Positions 18,219 through 28,359 of a stretch of 39,432 bases of DNA are shown here, piece after piece. Numbering within the stretch: the first letter of the stretch is position 1; every line of letters starts with the position of its first letter. A program made the position numbers and the translations under genes. Below the pieces are notes generated by a model, which was not told where the DNA came from, ran no database searches, and saw only the letters and a program-made list of their open reading frames with translations. Source of the DNA: a virus (taxonomy: Duplodnaviria > Heunggongvirae > Uroviricota > Caudoviricetes); the IMG/VR virus record IMGVR_UViG_2706794693_000007; one strand, given 5' to 3'.

Positions 18219-18574
18219 GCGCGCGCCTTTTTCGCCTGTCTGGCGTTATTGCCGGTCTTTTTCCGGGGAGCATCCTGTACGGTTTCGGCTTCGGCTAAAT
18301 CTGCACCGGTCTCTGCATGAACCACACCCGCCACGGCTCCCGCATCATCACCAGGCGTCTGTAGTATTCGTACAGTGAGGCATGGCTCCGCTTCCAGTCG
18401 GGCAAGCTGCTCCGGGGTGACGTCAACCTGCTGGCGTCCCCGCATGAACAGGAACCCCGCACGACGAAAATGCGTACGACTGCAACGCACTTCTGCCAGT
18501 ACCGTGACAGGACTGTCACCACTGACCTGAAGGCCTGAATCATCTGTTGCTGCCACAGTGTGATGTTCATTCAT
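18215..18574 (-). CDS. Hypothetical head-associated protein (Mu gp35 position)
   Basis: 119 aa, follows major head gene. Confidence 0.5.
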   Translation of the reverse strand: MNEHHTVAATDDSGLQVSGDSPVTVLAEVRCSRTHFRRAGFLFMRGRQQVDVTPEQLARLEAEPCLTVRILQTPGDDAGAVAGVVHAETGADLAEAETVQDAPRKKTGNNARQAKKARA

Positions 18575-18617
18575 ATTTGCCCTCCGCAGGGGCCGGGCCG
18601 TAAGCCCGGCTCACCGT

Positions 18618-19565
18618 TTACAGATAATCCGCGACAACCAGCTCCAGCTTGCCCTTCATCTCGTTAGAGACTGTGGCGTTACCGTCTGCGAACAGCTCGC
18701 GCTCCAGCAGCTGCACCGCCTGTTTTTCCAGCGAGGTGGGGACAACAATATGGGTGGGTTTGATGCCGAGTTTGCGGCCACCGTCAGCCTTAAAGTCACG
18801 CATGGCTGACCAGCCGTGCCACAGCGCATCCAGCGTCAGCGGTGACTGCATCATGTAGGCCATCTGCCAGAAGCCGTAGCCCACATTGCGACGGGCGGAA
18901 GCACCGAACACAAACTCGTTATCAGTAAACGCACGGCCTTCATCGACTTTTGTCTGGGCAACCAGTTCGGCTTTGCGGCGATCCTGATAAATCAGCGGTT
19001 TTACCGCGCGGGAGCAGTCAAGCAGATACCAGGCCGGGCCGCTGTAATCCGCCTGTGCACCGACAGAGCCGGTTTTTGCCACAAACATATTGCTGACCAT
19101 CTGTGCATCACCGGAGCCATCCACTTTGGGGTAAACAGGGTGTTCGGTATCAAAGAAGTTCTGGCCGTCATAGCAGGCCGCATTCAGACCATCACGCAGT
19201 GCAGCAAAGACCAGTTCATCCGGTTGTGCCGCAGCGGCACGACCCATTTCCTGGAATAACGGGGAGTAGATGCCGAGATTGTCGTCTTCAAAGTCATCGC
19301 GGCTAATGGCAACGGTGCCTTCAAAGGTTTTGTTCACGATGGCGTAGCCATAGGCTTTCATCTTCTCGATGACGCGGGAGCCGATCCACTCACGGAACTG
19401 CGGGAACTGCCCCAGCCAGCCGTAGGTGTTGGATTTCGAGGTGGACGGCACGGTCATCGCAATTTTCTGGTACTGCGACGGAGCCATGGACATCCCGGCC
19501 TGAAAATCAGAACGGTAGCCCGTCATCAGGGCGGTGATCATCGCCGGTGTAATCGGGGTAGGCAT
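18618..19565 (-). CDS. Major head (capsid) subunit, Mu T-like
   Basis: 315 aa, follows protease/scaffold gene with overlapping stop/start. Confidence 0.85.
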   Translation of the reverse strand: MPTPITPAMITALMTGYRSDFQAGMSMAPSQYQKIAMTVPSTSKSNTYGWLGQFPQFREWIGSRVIEKMKAYGYAIVNKTFEGTVAISRDDFEDDNLGIYSPLFQEMGRAAAAQPDELVFAALRDGLNAACYDGQNFFDTEHPVYPKVDGSGDAQMVSNMFVAKTGSVGAQADYSGPAWYLLDCSRAVKPLIYQDRRKAELVAQTKVDEGRAFTDNEFVFGASARRNVGYGFWQMAYMMQSPLTLDALWHGWSAMRDFKADGGRKLGIKPTHIVVPTSLEKQAVQLLERELFADGNATVSNEMKGKLELVVADYL

Positions 19566-20698
19566 TATTGCATTTCCTCTTTCATTTTCAGGAACTCGGC
19601 TTCGGTTTTACCCAACAGACGTGCGGCGGCGATATCTTCAGCCGACAGCACAGCGGTGGCGGTCTTTTTATCCGGCACGGTTACGGTGTCGGTCTGAAGA
19701 GTGGTCAGAGCCGCAACCGGCTGGCGGGCGTCAAGCTGTGCAGAAAGTGCCGCGACGCCAATCTGTTGTCCGAGTCCTTCCATGTATCCGCGTTCGCTTT
19801 TGAAAATGCGTCCTTCGGACTCGGCCTTATCCAGCAACTGCTCCAGCGTGGTGCTGCCGTGTTGTGCCGACAGCGCGGCATATTCGGTACGCAGGGCGTT
19901 ATACGTCTCAACGGGCACATATTTCGTCAGATCAATAGTGCCGCCAGTTGGTGTGCCTTTTGCGGTTTCCAGTTCTGCCGACAGGCTGGCAACCTGCGTT
20001 TTCAGGGTGTCGTGCGCATCCGCACGGGTTTTGATCCCGGTAAGGGCAGACAGCGCCGCCGTGCCCAGTTCCGGTGTAAATTCGTCACCGTCAGCCACGG
20101 TCAGACCGAGCGCCGTCAGCAACTGGCGTAATTGCTCATTCATGGGGGATTGCTCCTGAGAAGGGGAAACGACATAGAGATCATCAGCACTGAGTGCCGC
20201 GACAGGGTTCATACCCGTAATACCCGGATCATTCGTCAGGGAAGCCATGCGCAACAGGTAGGGTTCCCCGGTGTCAGCGAAATAATGCATATATGCAGAC
20301 AGATAGGCATATTCACGGTCATCAATATGTTTTTGTGCCTGTGGTGTCCATTCAGGTTTAATGAAAATCCCCTGACCCTCACGCCATTCGATGTTTTCCG
20401 GCTTAACCCATCCTGCAGCAATAGCCTTGAATCCGTTTTTCTGCGCATTCACGGAGTGATGGTCATAATCAATCAGTAACGGCTGATGCAGGGCGGAAAG
20501 CCCGGCTTTCATCCGGTTACAGGCGGATTCGTTAATCAGCCAGCCTTCAGTCGGTTTTTCCGGGCGACCGTCACGGGCCTTTACCCGACCGGCTGGCAGT
20601 AACTGACACCATCCGTCGCCGGATGCAGTCAGCGAAGCTGAAAGCACGGCTAAACCGGAGGGGCGATTTGCGTCTTTTGGGTGATTTTCTGTCTTCAT
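19565..20698 (-). CDS. Head protease / scaffold protein (Mu I-like)
   Basis: 377 aa, position between G-like gene and major head gene. Confidence 0.8.
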   Translation of the reverse strand: MKTENHPKDANRPSGLAVLSASLTASGDGWCQLLPAGRVKARDGRPEKPTEGWLINESACNRMKAGLSALHQPLLIDYDHHSVNAQKNGFKAIAAGWVKPENIEWREGQGIFIKPEWTPQAQKHIDDREYAYLSAYMHYFADTGEPYLLRMASLTNDPGITGMNPVAALSADDLYVVSPSQEQSPMNEQLRQLLTALGLTVADGDEFTPELGTAALSALTGIKTRADAHDTLKTQVASLSAELETAKGTPTGGTIDLTKYVPVETYNALRTEYAALSAQHGSTTLEQLLDKAESEGRIFKSERGYMEGLGQQIGVAALSAQLDARQPVAALTTLQTDTVTVPDKKTATAVLSAEDIAAARLLGKTEAEFLKMKEEMQ

Positions 20699-20875
20699 AC
20701 CGGCAGCATAAGCCGGGTATTTTTGGGGCTGGTTTTGCGGGACTTCAGAAAGTGCTGACAGGGGGGGAATGAGAAAGGCGCTTCACGCAGATTTTAAAGC
20801 CCGTTAAATACAGGTTAGAAAATCACGACACGCGCCTGAAGGGGGTAAGGTAATACGTTTGCATACCTTAAACCA

Positions 20876-21349
20876 TTACGGCGTTTCTGTGGCCTTTTTA
20901 AAGCGTTTTCTGATTTCGTCCATGATCTCCTGTTCTGCCACCTGATCAAAGCCCATATACGGACGTGCGCCAATGGCCGCCGGTCCCGGTGGCATACCAG
21001 GCAGGCCACCCCACTGATGAATGGCTGCATAAGGTTCATTTGATCCAATCAGCGCCCAGGTATCGCCATAATCCGTGGTCAGGCGGCGGGCCAGATCGCC
21101 GTTCAGCGTCAGGATTTTGCCGGGCGTGTATCCCTTACGGGTACGCCACTCACGGTAAGGATCTGACCAGTCATGCCAGCGTTCACCATCCGGCTCTTTT
21201 TCCTGCTCAAACGCCATTTCTGACGATGACAGAAGACTCGCCGCCACACTGCGGGCCAGGTCTTTTCCGCCGCCCACAAACTGAAGCCGGGCAAACACTC
21301 GCTGGAGACGCGTAACGTCAACAACGACAGCTGCATCAATGGATGACAT
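20876..21349 (-). CDS. Virion morphogenesis protein (Mu G-like)
   Basis: 157 aa, follows F-like gene. Confidence 0.75.
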   Translation of the reverse strand: MSSIDAAVVVDVTRLQRVFARLQFVGGGKDLARSVAASLLSSSEMAFEQEKEPDGERWHDWSDPYREWRTRKGYTPGKILTLNGDLARRLTTDYGDTWALIGSNEPYAAIHQWGGLPGMPPGPAAIGARPYMGFDQVAEQEIMDEIRKRFKKATETP

Positions 21350-21470
21350 ATTGCCTCCGCATAAAGGATGAATATAAAATAAACAGGCGGTCAGTGTACG
21401 CTTAACTGGTAAAGTCGGTGCCTGCCTCCGGGTGGATCATGTATGCGGGTTCGACCCCCGCCACTGACCG

Positions 21471-22802
21471 TTAATCAATTTGTCCTTCCAGCACCTCAAG
21501 CATTCCGCCCCGGATATCCGATTTCAGCTTATCCATATTGATAACCCGGTAAGCATTCACAATCACATCCAGTTTGTCGGGCTGACGTTTCAGACTGTAC
21601 GGTGCATTAACGGCAATCTGCACACTGCCATCCTGATTTTCCACGATATACATCAGATTGTTGTGCCGTTTGTCCCACAGTACCGCTTTTGGCCTTGCCA
21701 GCATTGCCGGTAAGCGCCCGAAGTCCTCCGGCGTCAGAGCGATGCCGTCATTCTGATGTTTCACACTGTCCGCATGGAGCACATTTTTACCGCTCATCGC
21801 CAGCAGGCGGGCCGGTGGCGTTCCCGTCCGGCTTTCCACTGCCTGCGCAATGCTTTCAGTCATAAAGCCCAGCGTGCGGATATCGTTACCACCTCGCCGG
21901 GTCTGCATGATGTTTTTTGCCCAGATGCGGAACGCCAGCTGCCGCTCCGGGCTGTTGTTCATCTCCTGAACCACCATTTCCCGTAACGCCGGGCTTTTCA
22001 CCTCGATCAGTTTGCGGATCAGCGCCTGGTCTGTGCCGAACGCTGCCGAGCCGGGGTTATATGACCAGCCCACATCCGGTGTCATGGTTCTGGCGCCATC
22101 TGAATATGTGGTCACCGGCATTTCTCTGACTTCTCCGGTCTGTTTATCCACGCCAGCCTCAACATTGCGGGTGGAGAGATGATCCTCACCGGATGAAACG
22201 GATAACCCCATTGCATCCAGACGGGCCTGAGACAATGGCCGCACACGGCAGCGGCAGTTCCAGCCATTGGGCGGGTAGTGTGTTTTCCAGAACGGATCGT
22301 CATAGCGGAATACCAGACCGTTAAGGGCGGAATGCGACGGGCGGGTACGGCTGTCCATGACCGCCACATACTGCCAGAACGGATGCGTGTCCGTGTTGTT
22401 CATCATCTGCGTGTAACGCCCGGCATTGTAAGCCACACGGGTGTTCACGTTGTAAATCAGCGCCAGACGACGGGGACTGCCCTGCTGCACTTCTTCCGCG
22501 TTACCGTCGCTGTCCACCACAATCTGCTTTCCCCACCATCCCAGCTTTTGCAGGCGTGGCGTCAGTGTGCGGATAAATTCTTTCTGTGAAATCCCCTCAT
22601 CAATGGCCCGCTGCACTTCGGCCTGTAATGTGGTTACCACATCCAGCCGTGCCGTTTTTGCTGCCGTGAATGAGCGGGCATGAACATCCGCGTCTGTTTC
22701 GAACCAGTTCCAGCTGATATGCGCCCCTTTGGCGCGGAAGTATGCCACCGTCTCTTTTGAGGGAAGCGTGGCGGCATAACCTAAATCAATCCCCTGAGCC
22801 AT
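21471..22802 (-). CDS. Head morphogenesis protein (Mu F-like)
   Basis: 443 aa, follows portal gene with overlap. Confidence 0.8.
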   Translation of the reverse strand: MAQGIDLGYAATLPSKETVAYFRAKGAHISWNWFETDADVHARSFTAAKTARLDVVTTLQAEVQRAIDEGISQKEFIRTLTPRLQKLGWWGKQIVVDSDGNAEEVQQGSPRRLALIYNVNTRVAYNAGRYTQMMNNTDTHPFWQYVAVMDSRTRPSHSALNGLVFRYDDPFWKTHYPPNGWNCRCRVRPLSQARLDAMGLSVSSGEDHLSTRNVEAGVDKQTGEVREMPVTTYSDGARTMTPDVGWSYNPGSAAFGTDQALIRKLIEVKSPALREMVVQEMNNSPERQLAFRIWAKNIMQTRRGGNDIRTLGFMTESIAQAVESRTGTPPARLLAMSGKNVLHADSVKHQNDGIALTPEDFGRLPAMLARPKAVLWDKRHNNLMYIVENQDGSVQIAVNAPYSLKRQPDKLDVIVNAYRVINMDKLKSDIRGGMLEVLEGQID

Positions 22803-24375
22803 CCAGCATCCCCTTCATTTCCGCAGCAAACATGGCATCACTGAGCAGCGTCATCAGGCGGGAATCATCCATTTCACGGTAAAGGGCAGGCAGGTCTGCC
22901 AGTGCCTCCGCCAGCCCCCGCGTTCTGATGACATCAATGACCGGCTCCAGCACCGGATCGATGGCCTCCTGTAAGCGGCGGGCAGGCACCGCGTCCCCCA
23001 TGTCGTCCAGTTCATCACGCGGCGTGTTTTTCGCTTCCGGCAGTCGGGCTGAAAGCGCCGTCTGTTCTGTCTTTTCCTGTTTTTCCGGTAGCGTTTCCCT
23101 GTCAGGCATGGCCGGTTCATTACTGCTCTGACGGACACGGAATATGGCTTCACCGGGCGTGGGCTGTGGAATACCGGTCTGATCCCGTACCCAGGGATCA
23201 GGAATATCCATCCCCGCACTGAGTTGCATCACCGCACTGGCTATTTTGGTGATATCCCCCGGTTCTTTGGTCTGGAAACAGATACGCGGCAGGCGACGGA
23301 TATCAATGGCGTGGGCGGTGTTCAGGGCATACAGCGGATACACCAGATCGCGGTTCAGGGTTGCAGCCAGCTGGCGTAAATCAGAATCCCTGATTTCCCG
23401 GCGCACCTCGTTATGCACCTCACCCAGCGAGCGCGCGCCTTTGTCTCCGGCTTCTGTGGTCAGCGTGCCGCCGAGTATTGCTTTGGAGATGGAACGCTCA
23501 CCCCACGAAATCATGGTTTCAAACGGATCGGCCTGACCGTTCGCTGCCGCCTGAAACTCCAGCGACATCCCGGCCGGGATGATCCCGCCTGTACGTCGCC
23601 CGATATCCATCACCGCCCGCATCAGGGCACTTTTCTGCTCCGGTGTTGCCCCGGACGGGTATTTCCCGACCTTCATTGGCAGGCCGTACACCTCCAGAAA
23701 TTCCGCCAGATCGCGCACGGAATAGTTTTTGAAAATGAACGGCCAGATAAGCGTTCTGACAAGCCCCGTCGCACCACCGTAGCCGGTGCGTGAACGCGAC
23801 TGATGCACTATCCAGCCAAAGGGCTGAAACGCCACCCCGGCATGGCTGCCGTCACGCAGCCGCAGTTCGCTCAAATCATCCGGGTTAAGGCAGAAATGCC
23901 CGCTGTCACGCCAGCGGATGGCGCGGATGATGTGCATTTTACCGAGCATCCCGTGCTCAATTTCCATGCAGGAATAGCCCTTCAGGATGGCATCCGTGGC
24001 GTCAAACAGCATGGCATCAAACCAGTCTGCGGAATGCAGATATTCGTCGAGCATTTCCGCGTCCTTTTTCTCATTCGCGCTGGCGTTCGGTGGCGGCTCA
24101 ATACTCCATGGCACCCCCTGAATGGCAAGACGTCGCTTGCCCAGCTCCGCAAAAAGGTGGGTGTCCTTTTCTTCAATATCAGCGGCCAGATCGGACTGGG
24201 CAATCAGATCGCCACGTTCAGCCCCGCGAAGGCACTGCGCCGCCCGGTTCGGGGTGATACCCGAAGCCGGATGTTCAATATAACGGCTGGCAATCTGCGG
24301 AATATCCAGCGCGGCACTCTGCATCTCCGGGTCAAAGGAGAAAGGTTTTCCGTCAGTATCAATGATGCGTCCCAC
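22786..24375 (-). CDS. Portal protein (Mu gp29/H-like)
   Basis: 529 aa, follows large terminase with overlapping stop/start. Confidence 0.85.
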   Translation of the reverse strand: MGRIIDTDGKPFSFDPEMQSAALDIPQIASRYIEHPASGITPNRAAQCLRGAERGDLIAQSDLAADIEEKDTHLFAELGKRRLAIQGVPWSIEPPPNASANEKKDAEMLDEYLHSADWFDAMLFDATDAILKGYSCMEIEHGMLGKMHIIRAIRWRDSGHFCLNPDDLSELRLRDGSHAGVAFQPFGWIVHQSRSRTGYGGATGLVRTLIWPFIFKNYSVRDLAEFLEVYGLPMKVGKYPSGATPEQKSALMRAVMDIGRRTGGIIPAGMSLEFQAAANGQADPFETMISWGERSISKAILGGTLTTEAGDKGARSLGEVHNEVRREIRDSDLRQLAATLNRDLVYPLYALNTAHAIDIRRLPRICFQTKEPGDITKIASAVMQLSAGMDIPDPWVRDQTGIPQPTPGEAIFRVRQSSNEPAMPDRETLPEKQEKTEQTALSARLPEAKNTPRDELDDMGDAVPARRLQEAIDPVLEPVIDVIRTRGLAEALADLPALYREMDDSRLMTLLSDAMFAAEMKGMLDGSGD

Positions 24376-26042
24376 TACCAGCCCCCCCGATCAAATTCAT
24401 GATATGCCTCATCGTCATCACGATAACCGCCCTCCATTGCCCGCGACCGCTCCTGTAGCGCCTGACAGGCTGATTCATCCAGGATGAAGCCCTCCATGTA
24501 TGACGCCCGGTTTGCCATACAGAGCGCCACGGCAAAATCACCATGGCGGCGGGCGTTCGCAGCCGTTGCGTTCTGGTCCTTCGTGCGCCCCTTGTCGATT
24601 TGCGGGATACCATTCACTACCTTCACATGGCGCAAATCATCAAGCGTGGTCTGATGGCGGGCGACGAGGATATTCTGATCTTCAAACTCGGCTTTCAGTT
24701 TTGGCATCCACTCGCCGTACCACTTCGGCGACAACATCACGCAGTCGATGATGTCCGGGCCAAAGGCCAGCAGTGCGGCCTCTGCCAGATAGCCGCCGTT
24801 ACCGGTGGCGTCGAACGCCGCACCGACCAGCGCCGGAACGCGGGTCAGGATGTACATCATCACCTGTTCCTGCTGGGCATACGGCAGGTTGCGCAGCTCC
24901 ACGCGAAACACCTCGCGCTTTGCCAGGGATTCGGTGATTTCCAGCAGCACAAAGCAGGACAGGTCACCGGTGCGGGCAAAGTCTTCCCCGAAGCTGAAGC
25001 GGGAACGGGGATTTAATTTCTCTAAAAGCGGTTTTAAATGTTCTTCACACCAGGTTAAAACTTCCGATTCACGCAGCCATGCGGCACGGCTGATGAAGTT
25101 GTCCGGGGCTTCAAACGTCAGAATCGGGATGTCGCGGATCATCGCCATTTCAATAAGCGCGTGGGGGATATAGGCACCGCCGGATTTTTTCGGGATACAG
25201 CCGTATTCCTCGTCGGCATCCTCACGGGTCGGGGCGTTTTTGTAGAGATCATCACGCCATTTCTGCTCGCTTTCCGGTGACCATTCCTGATCGGTGACGT
25301 AACAGATACGACGGTACAGCCCGTCCGCAATGGCATCATCCAGGGTTATGCGGTGGACGCTGTAATCCTTGCGCCCCTCGCGGGCTTCCTGAATGTACTG
25401 ATTAAACAGATTATCGACGCCGTTATGCGTGGAGATAATACGCACGCGCGCGCCCCACATAGTGAGCGCCATTGCCGCCTTGAGAAGCTCATCCAGTGAC
25501 TCGTGGAACGCGGCTTCATCAATCACCACATCCCCCTGAAGGCCGCGCAGGTTTGACGGACGGGAAGACAATGCCTGAATTTTGAATCCACTGTTCGGAA
25601 AGCGGATCATGTAGGTCAAAATTTCTTCTTTTTTATCCCGATCCCAGAATGTCTGCTCATACACATCAGCATCTGCCAGCTGGTTAAAGGCACGGGAGAA
25701 CAGCGCGCAGGCAGAAATATATTCCAGCGCCATCTCCTGCTTTGATCCCACATAAAACACATTGCGGCCACCACGACGCTTCGGTTTTGCAGCAGTAATG
25801 ACGTTACGCCCGGCTTCCGCCCAGGTAAGACCGGTGCGGCGGGATTTCTCCGCGATGCAGACCTGACTTTCATCTGCAAACCAGCGGGCCTGATAATCCA
25901 GAAACACCGGCATATCACCGGGCAAATCAAGGCTGTCCGGCACATCCACGCCCAGCAGGGCTTTTTCACCTGACAGATCAATTTTGCGGGGAGGCGTCAT
26001 TTGCATCAGTGAAGGCGACGTTTCTCTGGCTTTGTTCATCAT
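24375..26042 (-). CDS. Terminase large subunit (Mu gp28-like)
   Basis: 555 aa, between small-terminase-like gene and portal. Confidence 0.85.
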   Translation of the reverse strand: MMNKARETSPSLMQMTPPRKIDLSGEKALLGVDVPDSLDLPGDMPVFLDYQARWFADESQVCIAEKSRRTGLTWAEAGRNVITAAKPKRRGGRNVFYVGSKQEMALEYISACALFSRAFNQLADADVYEQTFWDRDKKEEILTYMIRFPNSGFKIQALSSRPSNLRGLQGDVVIDEAAFHESLDELLKAAMALTMWGARVRIISTHNGVDNLFNQYIQEAREGRKDYSVHRITLDDAIADGLYRRICYVTDQEWSPESEQKWRDDLYKNAPTREDADEEYGCIPKKSGGAYIPHALIEMAMIRDIPILTFEAPDNFISRAAWLRESEVLTWCEEHLKPLLEKLNPRSRFSFGEDFARTGDLSCFVLLEITESLAKREVFRVELRNLPYAQQEQVMMYILTRVPALVGAAFDATGNGGYLAEAALLAFGPDIIDCVMLSPKWYGEWMPKLKAEFEDQNILVARHQTTLDDLRHVKVVNGIPQIDKGRTKDQNATAANARRHGDFAVALCMANRASYMEGFILDESACQALQERSRAMEGGYRDDDEAYHEFDRGGW

Positions 26043-26287
26043 GCTTTACCTGTCAGAATGCTTTTGATTCGGGACTCAAGCTCTTCAGTCATCACGTCCA
26101 CGCCGCTCAACTCATCAGTGGCAGCCTCTGCCAGCAGCGAATGCAGTTGTTCCAGGGATATTTCCCCGGCAATGCTGAGTTCAGTCAACTCACGACATAC
26201 CTTTATGGTTTCAGGAGGTAACTGTGTTGCAAGACTGAATGCTTTCTGATGGGCACTGCTCATCAGTGAGCGGTTATCTGTTGCCAT
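26039..26287 (-). CDS. 82-aa protein homologous to the C-terminal part of the upstream small-terminase-like protein
   Basis: AGGAGG RBS; C-terminus TDELSGVDVMTEELESRIKSILTGKA vs VTDELRGVDGMSEQIEFRIRQMLLGKA of the 193-aa protein. Confidence 0.6.
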   Translation of the reverse strand: MATDNRSLMSSAHQKAFSLATQLPPETIKVCRELTELSIAGEISLEQLHSLLAEAATDELSGVDVMTEELESRIKSILTGKA

Positions 26288-26297
26288 GATTCACCTC

Positions 26298-26879
26298 CTA
26301 CGCCTTACCCAGCAGCATCTGCCTGATACGGAATTCGATCTGCTCGCTCATGCCATCCACGCCGCGCAACTCATCGGTGACCGCATTCGCCATCTCTTCA
26401 GCAAATGCGGCCCGGATTTCTTTTTCACGCTTAATGCTGCGCTCGGCGGCACTTTCTGCACGCTGTGCCGACAGGAGGATGTCCTTAATAAGGCGCATAT
26501 CCACATCGCTGTCGCTGTTCAGGGATTCGGTGGCGGCACGCAGACGGCGGTACATCAGGGCACGGGACATCTCCAGAATCAGTGCCGTGGTTTCACCGGT
26601 CGGCTTATCCCCCAGTTCGGCCATCATGGCTTTTGTCTGCTCGCGTAAATCACGCAGATTACGGGCAATCAGCTCATTACGGGAGGCTTCCCGGCTGATG
26701 GCCGCCGGTGAGAGCTGCTGCTCTTCCGGCAGACCTGCTTCACGGATCAGACGGTTGATTTCCTCGCGGATCTGGACCTGCGTCAGACGTTTTTCACGCA
26801 GCATTTCCAGCAGCGGCTTACGGATGCTGTCGGGGAGCAAATCCACCTTGCGTACACGGCCACGCGCTGGCTTATCCAT
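26298..26879 (-). CDS. Terminase small subunit-like protein (Mu gp27-like)
   Basis: 193 aa, helical, directly upstream of large terminase. Confidence 0.65.
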   Translation of the reverse strand: MDKPARGRVRKVDLLPDSIRKPLLEMLREKRLTQVQIREEINRLIREAGLPEEQQLSPAAISREASRNELIARNLRDLREQTKAMMAELGDKPTGETTALILEMSRALMYRRLRAATESLNSDSDVDMRLIKDILLSAQRAESAAERSIKREKEIRAAFAEEMANAVTDELRGVDGMSEQIEFRIRQMLLGKA

Positions 26880-26881
26880 CG

Positions 26882-27172
26882 TTACCCCCTTGCGCGTGGT
26901 TTCTTCACACCCGGAACGGTGGCGCGGCCTTCCGCCACATCCTGACCCCGGCCGGTCAGTTCAGCGATGAAATAACCGTTAACAAGCGTGCGCTTACGCA
27001 CCAGTCCCTGCTCGGCAAGCCAGGCAATGTGGGTATGAACGGTGTCGCGGGACACGCGGTGACCGTAATCATCCAGGCAGTCCTGAAGCACGGATTCGCC
27101 CAGTTCGCCGTTGTAATCCGCCAGCGACCGCAGAATGACAAGACGCTGATCTTCAGTAATGAAATCACTCAT
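26882..27172 (-). CDS. Hypothetical protein (Mu gp26 position)
   Basis: 96 aa ORF in late operon. Confidence 0.5.
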   Translation of the reverse strand: MSDFITEDQRLVILRSLADYNGELGESVLQDCLDDYGHRVSRDTVHTHIAWLAEQGLVRKRTLVNGYFIAELTGRGQDVAEGRATVPGVKKPRARG

Positions 27173-27476
27173 TGTGTTTTTTCCTTACAGCCTGCTCCAG
27201 CAGCAGTTCGTTCTGATGGGAGACGGATTTCAGGGTGGCATTGGTGGCCTTAAGCTCACCGCGCAGGGTGGTGATTTCGATATTGAGTCTGTTCACCTCC
27301 TGCTGCGTGGGCAGGCCGGAAATCCGGCTCTCCACCCGCTCAACCCGGTCGGAGAGTTTTTCAAAGGCCTCGCGGGGGACAAAGGTTTTGCGCATCAGCG
27401 CCATGAAGATCCCCCCGGCTGTGGCCGTTGCCGACAGGATCGGCACGACATAATCTTTAACGATGCTGACCCACAT
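27165..27476 (-). CDS. Membrane protein with N-terminal TM helix and coiled coil (possible lysis accessory/releasin-like)
   Basis: 103 aa; hydrophobic VVPILSATATAGGIFMALM then heptad-rich region; lies in lysis neighbourhood. Confidence 0.5.
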   Translation of the reverse strand: MWVSIVKDYVVPILSATATAGGIFMALMRKTFVPREAFEKLSDRVERVESRISGLPTQQEVNRLNIEITTLRGELKATNATLKSVSHQNELLLEQAVRKKHNE

Positions 27477-27684
27477 GACCGGCCTCCATGATGTTCTGGC
27501 AGTTCACACAACGGATGGCATCCGGCACGGCAACCAGACGGGCAGCCGGAATGTCACCCCCGCAGTCCGCGCATACACGCCTGCCCGGTGTCTCCGCCAC
27601 CCGGCGCTTACGTGTCAGCCGGTCACAAAGGGCGCGTTCTGTTGCACGCTCCATGACTGCCTGAGCACAATCTGAATCATCCAT
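27457..27684 (-). CDS. TraR/DksA-family C4 zinc-finger protein; start moved to ATG 27684
   Basis: RBS AAGGAAAAAGG before MDDSDCAQAVMER...; CADCGGDIPAARL...CVNCQ four-cysteine motif. Confidence 0.7.
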   Translation of the reverse strand: MDDSDCAQAVMERATERALCDRLTRKRRVAETPGRRVCADCGGDIPAARLVAVPDAIRCVNCQNIMEAGHVGQHR

Positions 27685-27694
27685 ACCTTTTTCC

Positions 27695-28066
27695 TTACTT
27701 CGTCTTTCCTGCCGGAACAGCAGTCGTTCCGGCCATATCAGTAAATTCATGCTGTCGCTGTGTCTCCAGACGGCGGATGCTGGCCTTGTCCACGTTGCAG
27801 TTTTTAATCACCGCCAGCAGTTGCAGGTTGTAAGTGACCGATGCACCAAACGTGAACGGCTGCGGCGCGGGAGGGACCAGGCAGTCAGCCAGCCATTCAG
27901 CGGGGATCGGCACCGGCTTCACCGGCACGTATTTCACAGACGGCCCGCCGCACCCGGTCAGCCACATCATCAGGCACAGGCACAGCGGCAGCAGGCACCG
28001 TTGCCAGTGACCGGCGGACAATGCTCTGCTGTTCCTCGCTGTGCTGCATGTTCTGCTGTTTTTCAT
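27695..28066 (-). CDS. Outer-membrane spanin (o-spanin, Rz1-like lipoprotein), overlapping the i-spanin gene in another frame
   Basis: Lipobox LTGC after hydrophobic LLPLCLCLMMW; Pro-rich mature part; start codon choice uncertain. Confidence 0.5.
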   Translation of the reverse strand: MKNSRTCSTARNSRALSAGHWQRCLLPLCLCLMMWLTGCGGPSVKYVPVKPVPIPAEWLADCLVPPAPQPFTFGASVTYNLQLLAVIKNCNVDKASIRRLETQRQHEFTDMAGTTAVPAGKTK

Positions 28067-28250
28067 TCGTGGCCGCCTTGCTGATTTGTGAAATGAGTTG
28101 CAGGGTGCGTTGCTGGTTTGCCAGCACCAGACGGGCTTCGTCCCGTTCACGCACAAGCACATGATTATTGTCCTCAAGGCGCTGCGTCTTCTGGTGCATT
28201 CCCCATACCACGGCAGCCAGCACGCTCATCACCCCCAGCGCCGCCATACA
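27897..28250 (-). CDS. Inner-membrane spanin (i-spanin, Rz-like)
   Basis: GGAGG RBS 6 nt before ATG 28250; N-terminal TM AALGVMSVLAAVVWG followed by long charged coiled coil. Confidence 0.6.
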   Translation of the reverse strand, partial: CMAALGVMSVLAAVVWGMHQKTQRLEDNNHVLVRERDEARLVLANQQRTLQLISQISKAATNEKQQNMQHSEEQQSIVRRSLATVPAAAVPVPDDVADRVRRAVCEIRAGEAGADPR

Positions 28251-28359
28251 GCCTCCGGCAATCAGGGCCGGTAAGGGATTGTTCACCGCAGACACAGCAC
28301 ACCCCGCAGCAGCACAACGGCACACAGCAGCGCAATCATGAGCGGTCGCCAGAAGCGGT

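Noticed and set aside
20699-20875. Intergenic gap between the G-like and I-like head genes, the anti-CRISPR locus position in Pseudomonas Mu-like phages
   Set aside because: No ORF with RBS is present; only a hairpin and a G-run, more likely a late promoter region.
21389-21470. tRNA-like element: 7-bp acceptor-like stem enclosing a T-arm (GCGGG TTCGACC CCCGC)
   Set aside because: I could not fold a D-arm or an anticodon arm; about 7 nt too long for a canonical tRNA; probably a coincidental hairpin, though a tRNA scan would settle it.
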